A program made the translations under genes and the position numbers. From assembly GCA_963675665.1 (NCBI GenBank), contig OY776510.1:704001-768000 (forward strand): a DNA stretch of 64,000 nt, read 5' to 3'. Below the pieces are notes generated by a model. It was not told the DNA's origin, made no database searches, and saw only the letters and a program-made list of their open reading frames with translations. Positions 47,252 through 56,436 of the stretch are shown here, in pieces. This DNA comes from Spirochaetia bacterium. GTDB lineage: Bacteria; Spirochaetota; Spirochaetia; UBA9216. How positions within the stretch are numbered: position 1 is the stretch's first letter; every line of letters begins with the position of its first letter.

Positions 47252-47734
47252 ATGAGCAAGATAGTTAAAAAGTTGTTTGCAATTCTGCTGATAACTGCCA
47301 CGGCCGTATGCCTTTATGCCCAACCCGCGGAATCGTCCGCACCGGACATTGATTTATCGTTGACTGTTATTTCACTTGCAAAAGCAGTAGAGACCGGAAG
47401 GGGTATTCCAGCCGCGGGAACCCCGGTAATAATCAACGGGACCGTAATTGAACGCACCCTGATTGACGGGGAGAAAGAAACCTTCGCAGGCGAGTTAATA
47501 ATTGCAAGCGGAGAATGGGTAAGTTCTGCCGAAGTCGAAGTATCCAGGTGCGCCGTCCTTCTTAACGGGCCCAGGTTTGCAGACACAATTCCGGCAAGAC
47601 GATCCAGAACTGTCAACCCGAAAGAAATAGAGACCAATTCCGAATTAATTGTTTACGGAGTTTATCTCGGATATGCGGATACCGACGACGGTCCGCTTGC
47701 TGTTTTACAGGCGTACGACGTAAGAAAACTCTGA
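47252..47734 (+). CDS. Hypothetical exported protein
   Basis: Signal peptide; TTGACC-N17-TAAAAT promoter 7 nt before ATG. Confidence 0.7.
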   Translation: MSKIVKKLFAILLITATAVCLYAQPAESSAPDIDLSLTVISLAKAVETGRGIPAAGTPVIINGTVIERTLIDGEKETFAGELIIASGEWVSSAEVEVSRCAVLLNGPRFADTIPARRSRTVNPKEIETNSELIVYGVYLGYADTDDGPLAVLQAYDVRKL

Positions 47735-47743
47735 TCTTTCCGT

Positions 47744-48874
47744 TCAAAATCCGTACCTGATCGAATCAGCCGTCAAAAATCCCGACGGAGATGAATAAAC
47801 AGCCCGCCTGAAAACGTTTCTCAATTCACGAACGTTTCCGGGCCAGTTGTGTTCATAAAGTCTTTCAATAAACGAGTCTGTCATCTCATACTGCTTATTC
47901 GGCCGCTCGCTGCTTAACTGGGAACTGAAATGCATCAGCAGTTCGGGAATGTCGTCCATACGCTCACGCAGCGGCGGCAGCTGTATTCTGAACTCGTCTA
48001 TACGGAACAGAAGATCCTGTCTGAAACGTCCGGCAAGGGTTTCTTTCGGCAGGTTTTTATTTGTTGCCGATATCAGACGGGCATCTATTCTCTTTATACG
48101 GTTTGATCCGAGCTTTCTTACTTCTCCGGACTCAAGGACCCTCAGCAGCTCCGCCTGTGCCGAAGGTTCAATGTCTGCAATTTCATCAAGAAACAGGGTG
48201 CCGCCGTCTGCAAATTCGAAATGCCCGGCTCTGTTTACCGCCCCGGTATAAGCCCCCTGAGAAGACCCGAAAAACTCGGAAACGCTCAGCGCCGCGGGAA
48301 TGGCCCCCGCATTTACTGCATGGAAAGTATTATACTTTCGATCCGAAAAATCATGAAGCAGCCGGGCGATTATTTCCTTTCCGGTTCCGCTTTCCCCGGT
48401 AACGAGAACCGGTCCCGGCGCATTACACAATCCAAGGATCTCTTCCTTTACCCGTATCATTTTATCGGAAGACCCGACAAGTGCCGACATCCGGCTGTTA
48501 AGCCTGTAGCGTTCTACAGCGGAATATGTTTTCAAACGATCAGCGGCATATTGTTCGATGATTTCATTAAGCCCGCACGGATCAGAAGCCAATTCCAGAA
48601 AACAGGCGTCCTTTTCCGGAATTTTATAATCTGCCCGGTTTGTCTCCGCTTTTTTGTAAAAAATAACCAGTTTGAACGAATAACGGGAAATTTTTCTGCA
48701 TTCTTCCGCAGAAACAGACGGACCGGTAAGTATAATATCAACAGTAGCTTCTTCCAGTATTGAGGACGCTTCCGTAAAATCAGGAACTGAAACAACCGTG
48801 CAAAAATCGGGGATTTTTCCCTGAATAAGAATTCGGTTTGTGAGGATTTTCTCAACGAATAATATTTTCACCAT
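47744..48874 (-). CDS. Sigma54-dependent activator (bEBP) without C-terminal HTH
   Basis: GESGTGKE, GAYTGA, FLDEI, FRQDLLFRI, WPGNVREL; ends shortly after the AAA+ domain. Confidence 0.88.
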   Translation of the reverse strand: MVKILFVEKILTNRILIQGKIPDFCTVVSVPDFTEASSILEEATVDIILTGPSVSAEECRKISRYSFKLVIFYKKAETNRADYKIPEKDACFLELASDPCGLNEIIEQYAADRLKTYSAVERYRLNSRMSALVGSSDKMIRVKEEILGLCNAPGPVLVTGESGTGKEIIARLLHDFSDRKYNTFHAVNAGAIPAALSVSEFFGSSQGAYTGAVNRAGHFEFADGGTLFLDEIADIEPSAQAELLRVLESGEVRKLGSNRIKRIDARLISATNKNLPKETLAGRFRQDLLFRIDEFRIQLPPLRERMDDIPELLMHFSSQLSSERPNKQYEMTDSFIERLYEHNWPGNVRELRNVFRRAVYSSPSGFLTADSIRYGF

Positions 48875-48951
48875 TTTGTTATTGCTCTTCTTAAATAAAA
48901 TCTTTTTTACATCTTAAATTCTGTTTTTATAAAATAATTTTACCCTGTAAT

Positions 48952-48990
48952 AAAAAAGCGGGCAAGAAAAAAATTTTCCGCCCGCTTCTT
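48952..48990 (-). terminator. Intrinsic terminator of the ECF-antisigma-ybjQ unit
   Basis: AAGCGGGC/GCCCGCTT stem with A/T tracts. Confidence 0.7.
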
Positions 48991-49008
48991 TAGTTTAATA
49001 TTACTTGT

Positions 49009-49338
49009 TTATTCGAATTCAACAGCTGTTCCGTAAGCCAGAAACTCGGCGGCGCCCTGCATCATGCTGGTTGTTGTAAAGCGAAGCCCCACTACAGCAT
49101 CCGCCCCCAGGGATTCGGCATCTTCCATCAGCCTGTCAATCGCCTGTTCCCGGGACTCGGCCATCATCTTTGTATAATCGACGATTTCGCCGCCTACCAT
49201 GTTTTTAAATCCGGCCATAATATCCTTTCCCAGATGTCTCGCCCTGATCGTATTACCGCGCGCCAGTCCAAGCACCTTTTTTATATTTTTTCCGGGCACT
49301 GTTTCCGTTGTCACGATAATCATTCCATTATCACTCAT
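49009..49338 (-). CDS. YbjQ/UPF0145 family protein
   Basis: IVTTETVPG, GGEI..YT, GADAVVGLRF, AYGTAV. Confidence 0.92.
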   Translation of the reverse strand: MSDNGMIIVTTETVPGKNIKKVLGLARGNTIRARHLGKDIMAGFKNMVGGEIVDYTKMMAESREQAIDRLMEDAESLGADAVVGLRFTTTSMMQGAAEFLAYGTAVEFE

Positions 49339-49769
49339 TTCATTACCCCCTTGTATTTGTCGGTTTTGCTTTCCCTGATTCTGTCCGACAAAGCGGTTAT
49401 AAATAAAACTATAACAGAAACAACAGCAGCTGTAACTATAAATTTCACAAACATCGCTTCCCCGGAATCGGTGAACAGCGTGTAGAGCGCATAGCCGGCA
49501 AGCATCAGCCAGGAGACAATCATCAGGATAAAACCGAAACCTCCGGCAAACCGCCTTCGTCTGCTTCGGTAAAGAGTTTCAAACCATTCTTCTTCCGGAG
49601 CTGCTGTTTTAATGCCCGCAAGCTTTTTCCGCAACTTAAGCAGTCCGATATATTCATCCCTGCAGCGATAGCAGGATTCAAGATGCTCCATCAACGGCGC
49701 AATTTTTTCCTCTTCAAGTTCATCATCTATAAGCATCTGACAATTTATTTTTGCTTCTTCACAATTCAT
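49335..49769 (-). CDS. zf-HC2 membrane anti-sigma factor
   Basis: C...HLESCYRC ZAS motif, two TM segments; GGAGG RBS. Confidence 0.9.
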   Translation of the reverse strand: MNCEEAKINCQMLIDDELEEEKIAPLMEHLESCYRCRDEYIGLLKLRKKLAGIKTAAPEEEWFETLYRSRRRRFAGGFGFILMIVSWLMLAGYALYTLFTDSGEAMFVKFIVTAAVVSVIVLFITALSDRIRESKTDKYKGVMK

Positions 49770-49774
49770 GATTA

Positions 49775-49885
49775 CCTCCAATAAAAACTCTTGCCATGGA
49801 CGGCAAGTTATTGAGAGCGAAGTTTGAGAAGCTTTGCTTTACAAACTTCAAAATGATAAAAACACATGGATGTAATTTTATCATT
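49775..49885. repeat. Three-hairpin intergenic element, copy 3
   Basis: CTTGCC-ATGGAC-GGCAAG; GAAGTTTGAGAAGC-TTT-GCTTTACAAACTTC; TGATAAAAACAC-ATGGAT-GTAATTTTATCA. Confidence 0.85.
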
Positions 49886-50384
49886 CACCCTCCAGTCTGT
49901 TTTTCAGCATTTTCCGCGCATTGAATAATCTTGACATGACTGTGCCTCTCGGAATATCGAGAATTTCAGCCATTTCATCATATGAACATTCATCATAATG
50001 CTTCAGTATGATAATCTCCCTGAATTTCTCGGGCAAACTTAATACGGCAGCCTTTATTTCCTCTCTCGACTCACGCTGCACCACCTCGTTCTCAACAGAA
50101 TCCTCTCCCGGATGCAGTTCCGGAAATTCGAGGCCCGCTTCGGACCCGGATTTTCTTTTCCAGCGGTTGATACACAAATTTTTTGTTATTCTGAACAGCC
50201 ATGGAAATACGGGACGGGCGGGATCAATATTTTTAAAGTTTTTCCAGGCCCTCAGAAAAACCTCCTGTGTGAGATCTGCAGCCTCTTCACTGCTGCCGAG
50301 ATACCTGAAGGCTGTATAGTATACACGCTTGTCATAGGCTTTAAACATCGCGGAAAATGCTTCGCTTTCTTTCATACTATTCAT
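49881..50384 (-). CDS. ECF sigma-70 factor (SigW/RpoE-like)
   Basis: DLTQEVFLRAW, PWLFRITKNLCIN, SYDEMAEIL.IPRGTVMSRL. Confidence 0.92.
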   Translation of the reverse strand: MNSMKESEAFSAMFKAYDKRVYYTAFRYLGSSEEAADLTQEVFLRAWKNFKNIDPARPVFPWLFRITKNLCINRWKRKSGSEAGLEFPELHPGEDSVENEVVQRESREEIKAAVLSLPEKFREIIILKHYDECSYDEMAEILDIPRGTVMSRLFNARKMLKNRLEGE

Positions 50385-50386
50385 TA

Positions 50387-50412
50387 GTACAACCCTGTTA
50401 CTATTTTATTCA
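50387..50412 (-). promoter_or_regulatory. Putative autoregulatory ECF promoter TGAATA-N16-GTAC
   Basis: ECF-like -35/-10 pair directly before the gene. Confidence 0.4.
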
Positions 50413-50466
50413 TTTTTTTTTAACCTTGTTGCATTATGAATATCGACATGATAAAATTCCGTCATT

Positions 50467-51411
50467 ATGGGAAAAATCTTTTTGCCGCCCCTAAAGTTTT
50501 TGATCTTCTTTCTTGTAAGCGCTGCAATTCTGGTATTTCTTTCAATGCTGTACAGCTGGGAACTTCTGGTCTCTTTATCACTCGAACAAAAGAATAATCT
50601 GCTTTTATTCCTGCCCGCGGCGGCATCCGGTATTGTTTTCCCTGCGGCCTCTTCCGGGCTGCTTTTCTCTGTTTTTGACTACAGAAAAGAGGCTATAAAA
50701 CCTGTTTCTGCCGCAATTACAGCTGCCGCAATATTTCTGGTTCTGTATTTCGGATTCACCTTCACATCTTCAATGATTTCTTCCAACGATATCGCAGAAT
50801 TTCAACCTTTTAACGAAAGAAAGATCCATATGACTGAAAACAGCATTATCTATACAGACGAATGCGATTCGGACATTGTTTCGGGAATCATTATCCGAAA
50901 TCACGACGGCAGTCTTCCCGGGTTTAAATACTACGACAGAGCTGTCTTCAGCAGTACCCCCGGAGCAATACTGCAGTTTGACGATGCCCGCTCAATGGAT
51001 ATAGTTCCGGCAAACCCTGTATTTTACGATTCTTTTCGGCGAAGCGGAATGATCGGCAATTATATCGATGATATCCGGTTTATGAACGAAAGCCTGAAAA
51101 CAGCAGCATTGAACGGCGGCGGAGGTTTTATTCTTCTTGCAGCCGTTTTTTCAGCTTTCCTGATGATTGGCCTTCTTTTTCGTGGAGCATCATCCTGGCC
51201 GCTGTTTGATTTTGCGCTTATATTGTTCTTTCATCGCCTTGTTTATTATCTGTTCAGGCTATTTTCAAGCGAATCCGCATTCATAGCAGATACATTTTTC
51301 GGAGGAAAGCAGGAACTTAACATTCCGCTGTTTACAATTTCAGGACTTACGCTGATTCTTTTTCTCTGCGGTGTTCTTATTAAAACGACCTCGAAAAGGA
51401 AAGTCCGATGA
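50467..51411 (+). CDS. Membrane protein, 3TM-soluble-3TM layout
   Basis: Hydropathy by eye; ATGA overlap with next gene. Confidence 0.7.
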   Translation: MGKIFLPPLKFLIFFLVSAAILVFLSMLYSWELLVSLSLEQKNNLLLFLPAAASGIVFPAASSGLLFSVFDYRKEAIKPVSAAITAAAIFLVLYFGFTFTSSMISSNDIAEFQPFNERKIHMTENSIIYTDECDSDIVSGIIIRNHDGSLPGFKYYDRAVFSSTPGAILQFDDARSMDIVPANPVFYDSFRRSGMIGNYIDDIRFMNESLKTAALNGGGGFILLAAVFSAFLMIGLLFRGASSWPLFDFALILFFHRLVYYLFRLFSSESAFIADTFFGGKQELNIPLFTISGLTLILFLCGVLIKTTSKRKVR

Positions 51412-53144
51412 ACCTGTCGATACCCAAACGCTTTCTGATTATTTCCGCAGTTCTTTATGTGTGTTCATTCCTTTTTTTCTTTATAATAAATTATGTGCAG
51501 TTTGCTCCGAAGAATATCGATCTGTATTTTAAAGGCAGCTGGATTCTAAACAGCGCCATGATCCGGTTCTTTGATAATATGGTGACAATACAGTGCTGCG
51601 CCATTATTTTTACTTTTTCAGTGTTCTACCCCAGGATTAAAACCGAATCCGGAATTGAAGTGCTTACAGCAAAAAACTTCAATTCCCTGGTTACCGTGGT
51701 TATAATAATCCTGCTGCTTCTGACCGCTGTTTTTTTCACCGAAAAAGAGCTTTTACAGCCGCGCCTGTATCAGAAACTCGACACATTATCCTATCTGACA
51801 AAAACAGGCCGGGCTTATTATGAGCAGGCTGAACAGTACTCTGCAGACGGAAAGTTATTTGAAGCCGAGACTGCAATTAAAAGATATCTCGCCATTAAAC
51901 CTGATGATGAAGCGGCCCTCGATTTATTTAAAACTATCTCCGGCAGGATAGAGAACCAGTATTCACTGGCAGAACGGGATGCCCCGGTTTCTTCAGAATC
52001 CGAACCGGTGCGAGACCTGACATACAAAGACGCAATGAAACTTGCCGAGAATTTTCTTAAAACTGAAGATTATTATTCTGCATACTATTATGCACAGATT
52101 GCTTCCAGACTTTCCGGAGGCGCCGGTGACGCCAGAGGACTTTCCTCCGAAGCATGGGCACTGTTGTCGGAAACCGAACCGTCATCCGAGGAAACCGAGG
52201 CTTTTTCACTGCATAACAGAAAAAAACAGGGCACAAAACTGCTGCTTGCCGGCAAACCGATAGAAGCCTATTATCTGTTTAATCAGCTTGCAGTGGAATA
52301 CCCGGAAGACCCGGATATTATCAAATATACGAAGGAAAGCGTCAGAGAAACCCGTAAGCTTACATATTTTATTGATGAGGCTGAAAACGCATTGAGTTTA
52401 CCCGGCATTACGGACATCTGTTTTCTCAACGTAAACAATGAAACGGAACGTGAGCTTTTTTATTGTGAGAAAGTGGTTTTTCTTTCAGAAGGAATATTTT
52501 TCAGAAATATTGAAACAATGGCAATAGGTTCAGATAAAGGCGTACTCCGCCATATGACCGCTGAATATGGAAAACTCTACGGAGATCACATAGTTCTTAA
52601 CGGAATAGACCGTGAAAACAATAAAATCCGAATCATTCCCGAGTATCTTGTCTCCGATTCTCTTCCGGAACTTTATAACACCATAAAACTTAATATTGAT
52701 TATAACCTTCTCGGCGGCCTGAGCAGCAGCAGTAATATCTACAGAAAGATGAATATAATTGAGCTGTACGAATTTGAACCGTTAATAGCGGCTTTCGGAT
52801 GGATGGTAGAACCGTTGTACCTGGAAATTATAACCAGAATTCTGAACCCCTTTGCATTTATTATTCTGTCGCTTATTATGATTGCCATCAGCTGGAAATA
52901 CCGGCGTTTTGCCGGAAAACTTCCCGTTGCAGCATTAATTCTGTCTCCGGCGCTTGTATACATTATAGCATTATTAACCGAAGCCTATATCTACGGAATC
53001 AGGATTCTCTGCGGATGGCTTTTTTTGGGGTTCGGCAAACCGGCGGCCCTGGCGCTGCTGACTTCAAGCCAGGTAATTCTTCTGATCACCGCATTTCTTC
53101 TTATTGCCGGATTAAAAACATCGGACGGCCGCCAGACAAACTGA
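51408..53144 (+). CDS. Membrane protein, 3TM-TPR/soluble-3TM layout
   Basis: TPR-like helices (YLAIKPDDEAA, EYPEDPDI); C-terminal TM bundle. Confidence 0.7.
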   Translation: MNLSIPKRFLIISAVLYVCSFLFFFIINYVQFAPKNIDLYFKGSWILNSAMIRFFDNMVTIQCCAIIFTFSVFYPRIKTESGIEVLTAKNFNSLVTVVIIILLLLTAVFFTEKELLQPRLYQKLDTLSYLTKTGRAYYEQAEQYSADGKLFEAETAIKRYLAIKPDDEAALDLFKTISGRIENQYSLAERDAPVSSESEPVRDLTYKDAMKLAENFLKTEDYYSAYYYAQIASRLSGGAGDARGLSSEAWALLSETEPSSEETEAFSLHNRKKQGTKLLLAGKPIEAYYLFNQLAVEYPEDPDIIKYTKESVRETRKLTYFIDEAENALSLPGITDICFLNVNNETERELFYCEKVVFLSEGIFFRNIETMAIGSDKGVLRHMTAEYGKLYGDHIVLNGIDRENNKIRIIPEYLVSDSLPELYNTIKLNIDYNLLGGLSSSSNIYRKMNIIELYEFEPLIAAFGWMVEPLYLEIITRILNPFAFIILSLIMIAISWKYRRFAGKLPVAALILSPALVYIIALLTEAYIYGIRILCGWLFLGFGKPAALALLTSSQVILLITAFLLIAGLKTSDGRQTN

Positions 53145-53785
53145 TGAATTTTCGCGATCATGTTTTTAAAATTGCAGGAGCAGCTGCCGGTATTATTACA
53201 GGGTTGGGAATTTTCGGATTCATATTCGGGTTGATCGGCGGGGCTCTTATTGATCAGCTGTTTTCTTCGCTGAGAAGAAAGAAAAAACTGAAACTGTTCT
53301 TCAGTAATCCCGGAAATGAAACATCCCCGGAACTTGTTGAAGCAGCCGGGGCTGCCGCCGCCTGGAATAAATGCTCGGGAGATCCGCTTAAGACCGAACT
53401 GCTTTCCAAAATCCTGCAGGACTTTTTTCCTTTTGCCCCCGGACAATGCATTGAGATTCTCAGCGAGGCCGACAATGTCGACTTCGAAGCCTTATCGGTC
53501 TTTTTTAAACAGAATGCCGACGAACCCCAATTGAAAAACCTTGAAAATCTGCTTAAGAAATGCGCCGTCTTAAAGGGGCCGGAACCATCCGAAAAAAGCC
53601 CTGCTGATTATGCCGTTCTGGGCCTCGGCCCTGAAGCCTCGCCTTCTGAAGTTAAACGTGTATACCACAGACTTGCAGCCCAGTTCCACCCCGACGGCGG
53701 CGGTGTTCTGACAGATGAACAGAAACATATAACAGAAGAAGCGTTTAAAAAGATTAAGGACGCCTACGAACGGATTAATCGTTGA
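53144..53785 (+). CDS. DjlA-like membrane-anchored J-domain co-chaperone
   Basis: Gly-rich N-terminal TM; C-terminal J domain YAVLGL...FHPD; TGATG coupling. Confidence 0.85.
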   Translation: MNFRDHVFKIAGAAAGIITGLGIFGFIFGLIGGALIDQLFSSLRRKKKLKLFFSNPGNETSPELVEAAGAAAAWNKCSGDPLKTELLSKILQDFFPFAPGQCIEILSEADNVDFEALSVFFKQNADEPQLKNLENLLKKCAVLKGPEPSEKSPADYAVLGLGPEASPSEVKRVYHRLAAQFHPDGGGVLTDEQKHITEEAFKKIKDAYERINR

Positions 53786-55055
53786 CCCGCTGAATACGGG
53801 CGCCGAGCGACTGAAGCCGGCCGCTGAGATTTTCATAACCGCGCTCGATCTGGTAAACATTATCAATAACGCTCTGACCTTCAGCGCATAGCGCAGCTAT
53901 AACCATGGCCATTCCTGCGCGGACATCCGGTGAAATCAGGTATGACGCCCGTAACCGGGACGGACCGCTGATTACCGCCCGGTGGGGGTCGCAAAGGATT
54001 ATCCGGGCGCCCATACCGATAAGCTTGTCTACAAAAAACATCCTTGATTCGAACATTTTCTCATGAATAAGTATTGTACCCTCTACCTGGGTCGCGACAA
54101 CCAGCATTATGCTCGTCAGATCAGCCGGAAATCCCGGCCACGGGGCATCATCTATTTTCGGAATCATTCCGCCCAGATCGGAGACTACCTTCATTTCGAG
54201 GCCCGCCGGTACATGGATATCATTTCCGGAGGTTTCCCAATGGATTCCAAGCCGGCCGAAAGCGATTTTGCTCATGCGCAGATGCTCCGGCGCCGCCTTT
54301 TTAATCGTCAGCTCACCGCGGGTTACCGCTGCAAGCCCGATATACGAGCCCACCTCCATAAAATCGGAACCTATGGCAAAATCAGCCCCGTGAAGCTTCT
54401 TAACGCCGGTAATGTACAGGATGTTTGAACCGATGCCTGTTATGCCGGCACCCATGGCATTCAGCATCATACACAGATCCTGCACATGGGGCTCGGAAGC
54501 GGCGTTTCTTATTACCGTTCTGCCCGAGGCAAGTACAGCAGCCATAATGGCATTTTCTGTGGCGGTAACGGACGCCTCATCAAGAAAAATATCAACTCCG
54601 ACAAGTTTATTTGCCAGCAGCTTGTAAACACCGTCCATTTCAACCCTTGCGCCCAGTTCGGTAAATGCAATGAAATGCGTGTCCAGCCGTCTGCGGCCGA
54701 TAACGTCTCCACCCGGCGGCGGCAGAATAACTTTACCGGTTCGGGCGAGAAGCGGGCCGGCAAAGAGAATGGAGGCCCTTATTGCGCGTGCCTGCCCCTG
54801 GGGGATTTCACTTGTTTTGATATCAAGGGTTTTTACGCGGTAAACTCCGCCGCCTTCGCTCTTTACGCCGGCTCCAAGCTCCTGCAGAACTTCGAACATT
54901 ACCCTGACATCTTCAATATCCGGAAGGTTGCGTAAAACAAGTTCTTCTTCCGTCAGCAAACATGCAGCTATACAGGGAAGCGCCGCATTCTTGTTGCCGC
55001 TTGCGGTTACTGTCCCGTTTACGGGAAAACTTCCGTCTATTATATATTTACTCAA
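53775..55055 (-). CDS. murA: UDP-N-acetylglucosamine 1-carboxyvinyltransferase, Cys->Asp variant
   Basis: [44 protein letters not shown]. Confidence 0.95.
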   Translation of the reverse strand: MSKYIIDGSFPVNGTVTASGNKNAALPCIAACLLTEEELVLRNLPDIEDVRVMFEVLQELGAGVKSEGGGVYRVKTLDIKTSEIPQGQARAIRASILFAGPLLARTGKVILPPPGGDVIGRRRLDTHFIAFTELGARVEMDGVYKLLANKLVGVDIFLDEASVTATENAIMAAVLASGRTVIRNAASEPHVQDLCMMLNAMGAGITGIGSNILYITGVKKLHGADFAIGSDFMEVGSYIGLAAVTRGELTIKKAAPEHLRMSKIAFGRLGIHWETSGNDIHVPAGLEMKVVSDLGGMIPKIDDAPWPGFPADLTSIMLVVATQVEGTILIHEKMFESRMFFVDKLIGMGARIILCDPHRAVISGPSRLRASYLISPDVRAGMAMVIAALCAEGQSVIDNVYQIERGYENLSGRLQSLGARIQRVND

Positions 55056-55059
55056 TTAT

Positions 55060-56298
55060 TCACCTCAAAGACTCAATTCCGAAAAAGAACTGCCTGTTCT
55101 GAAACGGATTTTTTTTCATATTAAGTTCCGCCACAAATATCCGGCTTTCGCCGTCCCTGTTTCTGAACCTTACAGACACCTTATGGCTGAAATCATTGCG
55201 GTTTGCGTAGGAAAACGGGGTTTCCATTATTTCGGGAAAAACAACCGCGGAAAAGCCCCCTACGTTGAAGAAATCATCTTCTTCCGGCAGTATGTCTGCC
55301 GGTCTGAATATTTTCTCAAGAATATCGGCATCACTCAACCCCTGTTTTTTTAGCTCTGAAAGGGTGTTCGAGTCAAGTGCGTATTCCATAAATCCCGCAT
55401 ACTCTCCCGATCGGAGATATTCGGCGGAAACTATATAGAATTCCCTCAGATTCCGCACAATATTCGTACTCCGGTATTCGGTATATTCACGCAGGTTCCA
55501 TTTATACCAGGTAAGAAAAGTTTCAAATCCGGTTCCTTCTTCAAAACCCTGCTCATGTATTATTATGTCCTGATATCCGTCTTCATCGATATCCTCGACA
55601 AGAGTTATCTGCGACAGATTCTCAAAAACGGTAAACCTGGTTATTCCGTATCCGCTGAGGATTACCAGCTCATTCTCTATTCCGGCCCTTGTTCTGAACG
55701 AAAATTCCAGTGCATAAGGAAAATCAGATCCTTTTTTTATTTCAACGGGATTAACTCCGGTAAAAACCATTTTTCGTGAAACCGGGACGGTATAACGAAG
55801 AACAACATCCCCGCTGTACTGGTAAAAGATCAATAAGAGGAAGTTTGAATACTCATTTCCTGATTGAAAGAGCCTTGCCGTTCTTGAAAACTCCTCAAGC
55901 CTGTTCTCTGCATTATCATCGCCCTCAACCGCCACCACAAGGGCATCGTCATAACCGTTCTTGTCAAGATCATGAATGATCAGAAGCGGTGCATTGCCGT
56001 CCATTACGGCATTTATGTTCCACGGCATCATCTCCTGTATCGTTCTCCTCAACGAAACAGGCGAAAGAGGCGGCAACTGTGGCAGCACTTCTGCTGTTAA
56101 ATCGTCAGCGGCTGCTGTTCTTTCCTCAGGCGCATCCGGAACAGGCGTCGAATCAATTTGGGAAGTAACCGCCGTGACGGTTTCGGGATCATTCCCCTGC
56201 ATTTCCGAAATTTTGACGCTCGTTGTTTCCGTCGGAGTTACGCACGAAAACGAGAGTGGAACCAGCAGCGCTATAAAAAACAGGCGTTTGATTTTCAT
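55060..56298 (-). CDS. Hypothetical lipoprotein with FG-GAP-like Ca-binding loops
   Basis: LSFSC lipobox; DLDKNGYDD and DIDEDGYQD. Confidence 0.7.
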   Translation of the reverse strand: MKIKRLFFIALLVPLSFSCVTPTETTSVKISEMQGNDPETVTAVTSQIDSTPVPDAPEERTAAADDLTAEVLPQLPPLSPVSLRRTIQEMMPWNINAVMDGNAPLLIIHDLDKNGYDDALVVAVEGDDNAENRLEEFSRTARLFQSGNEYSNFLLLIFYQYSGDVVLRYTVPVSRKMVFTGVNPVEIKKGSDFPYALEFSFRTRAGIENELVILSGYGITRFTVFENLSQITLVEDIDEDGYQDIIIHEQGFEEGTGFETFLTWYKWNLREYTEYRSTNIVRNLREFYIVSAEYLRSGEYAGFMEYALDSNTLSELKKQGLSDADILEKIFRPADILPEEDDFFNVGGFSAVVFPEIMETPFSYANRNDFSHKVSVRFRNRDGESRIFVAELNMKKNPFQNRQFFFGIESLR

Positions 56299-56436
56299 TG
56301 ACTATATAATAACAGCATAAGGTTTTATCGACAAGGTTGACAAAGAAATCCGGATGCTGCAAGTCTTTACACTACAAAAAAAAATGTTTAGATTATGGGT
56401 ATCTCAAATAAACCATAGATTTTTCCGGAGAAAACG

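Noticed and set aside
52799-53143. N-terminal extension of the J-domain ORF in the track
   Set aside because: Overlaps the upstream membrane gene; the true start fits TGATG coupling at 53144
56299-56436. Lysine riboswitch or Thr attenuator before lysC
   Set aside because: Spacer is short, AT-rich, shared with a divergent promoter, and has no leader peptide or aptamer stems
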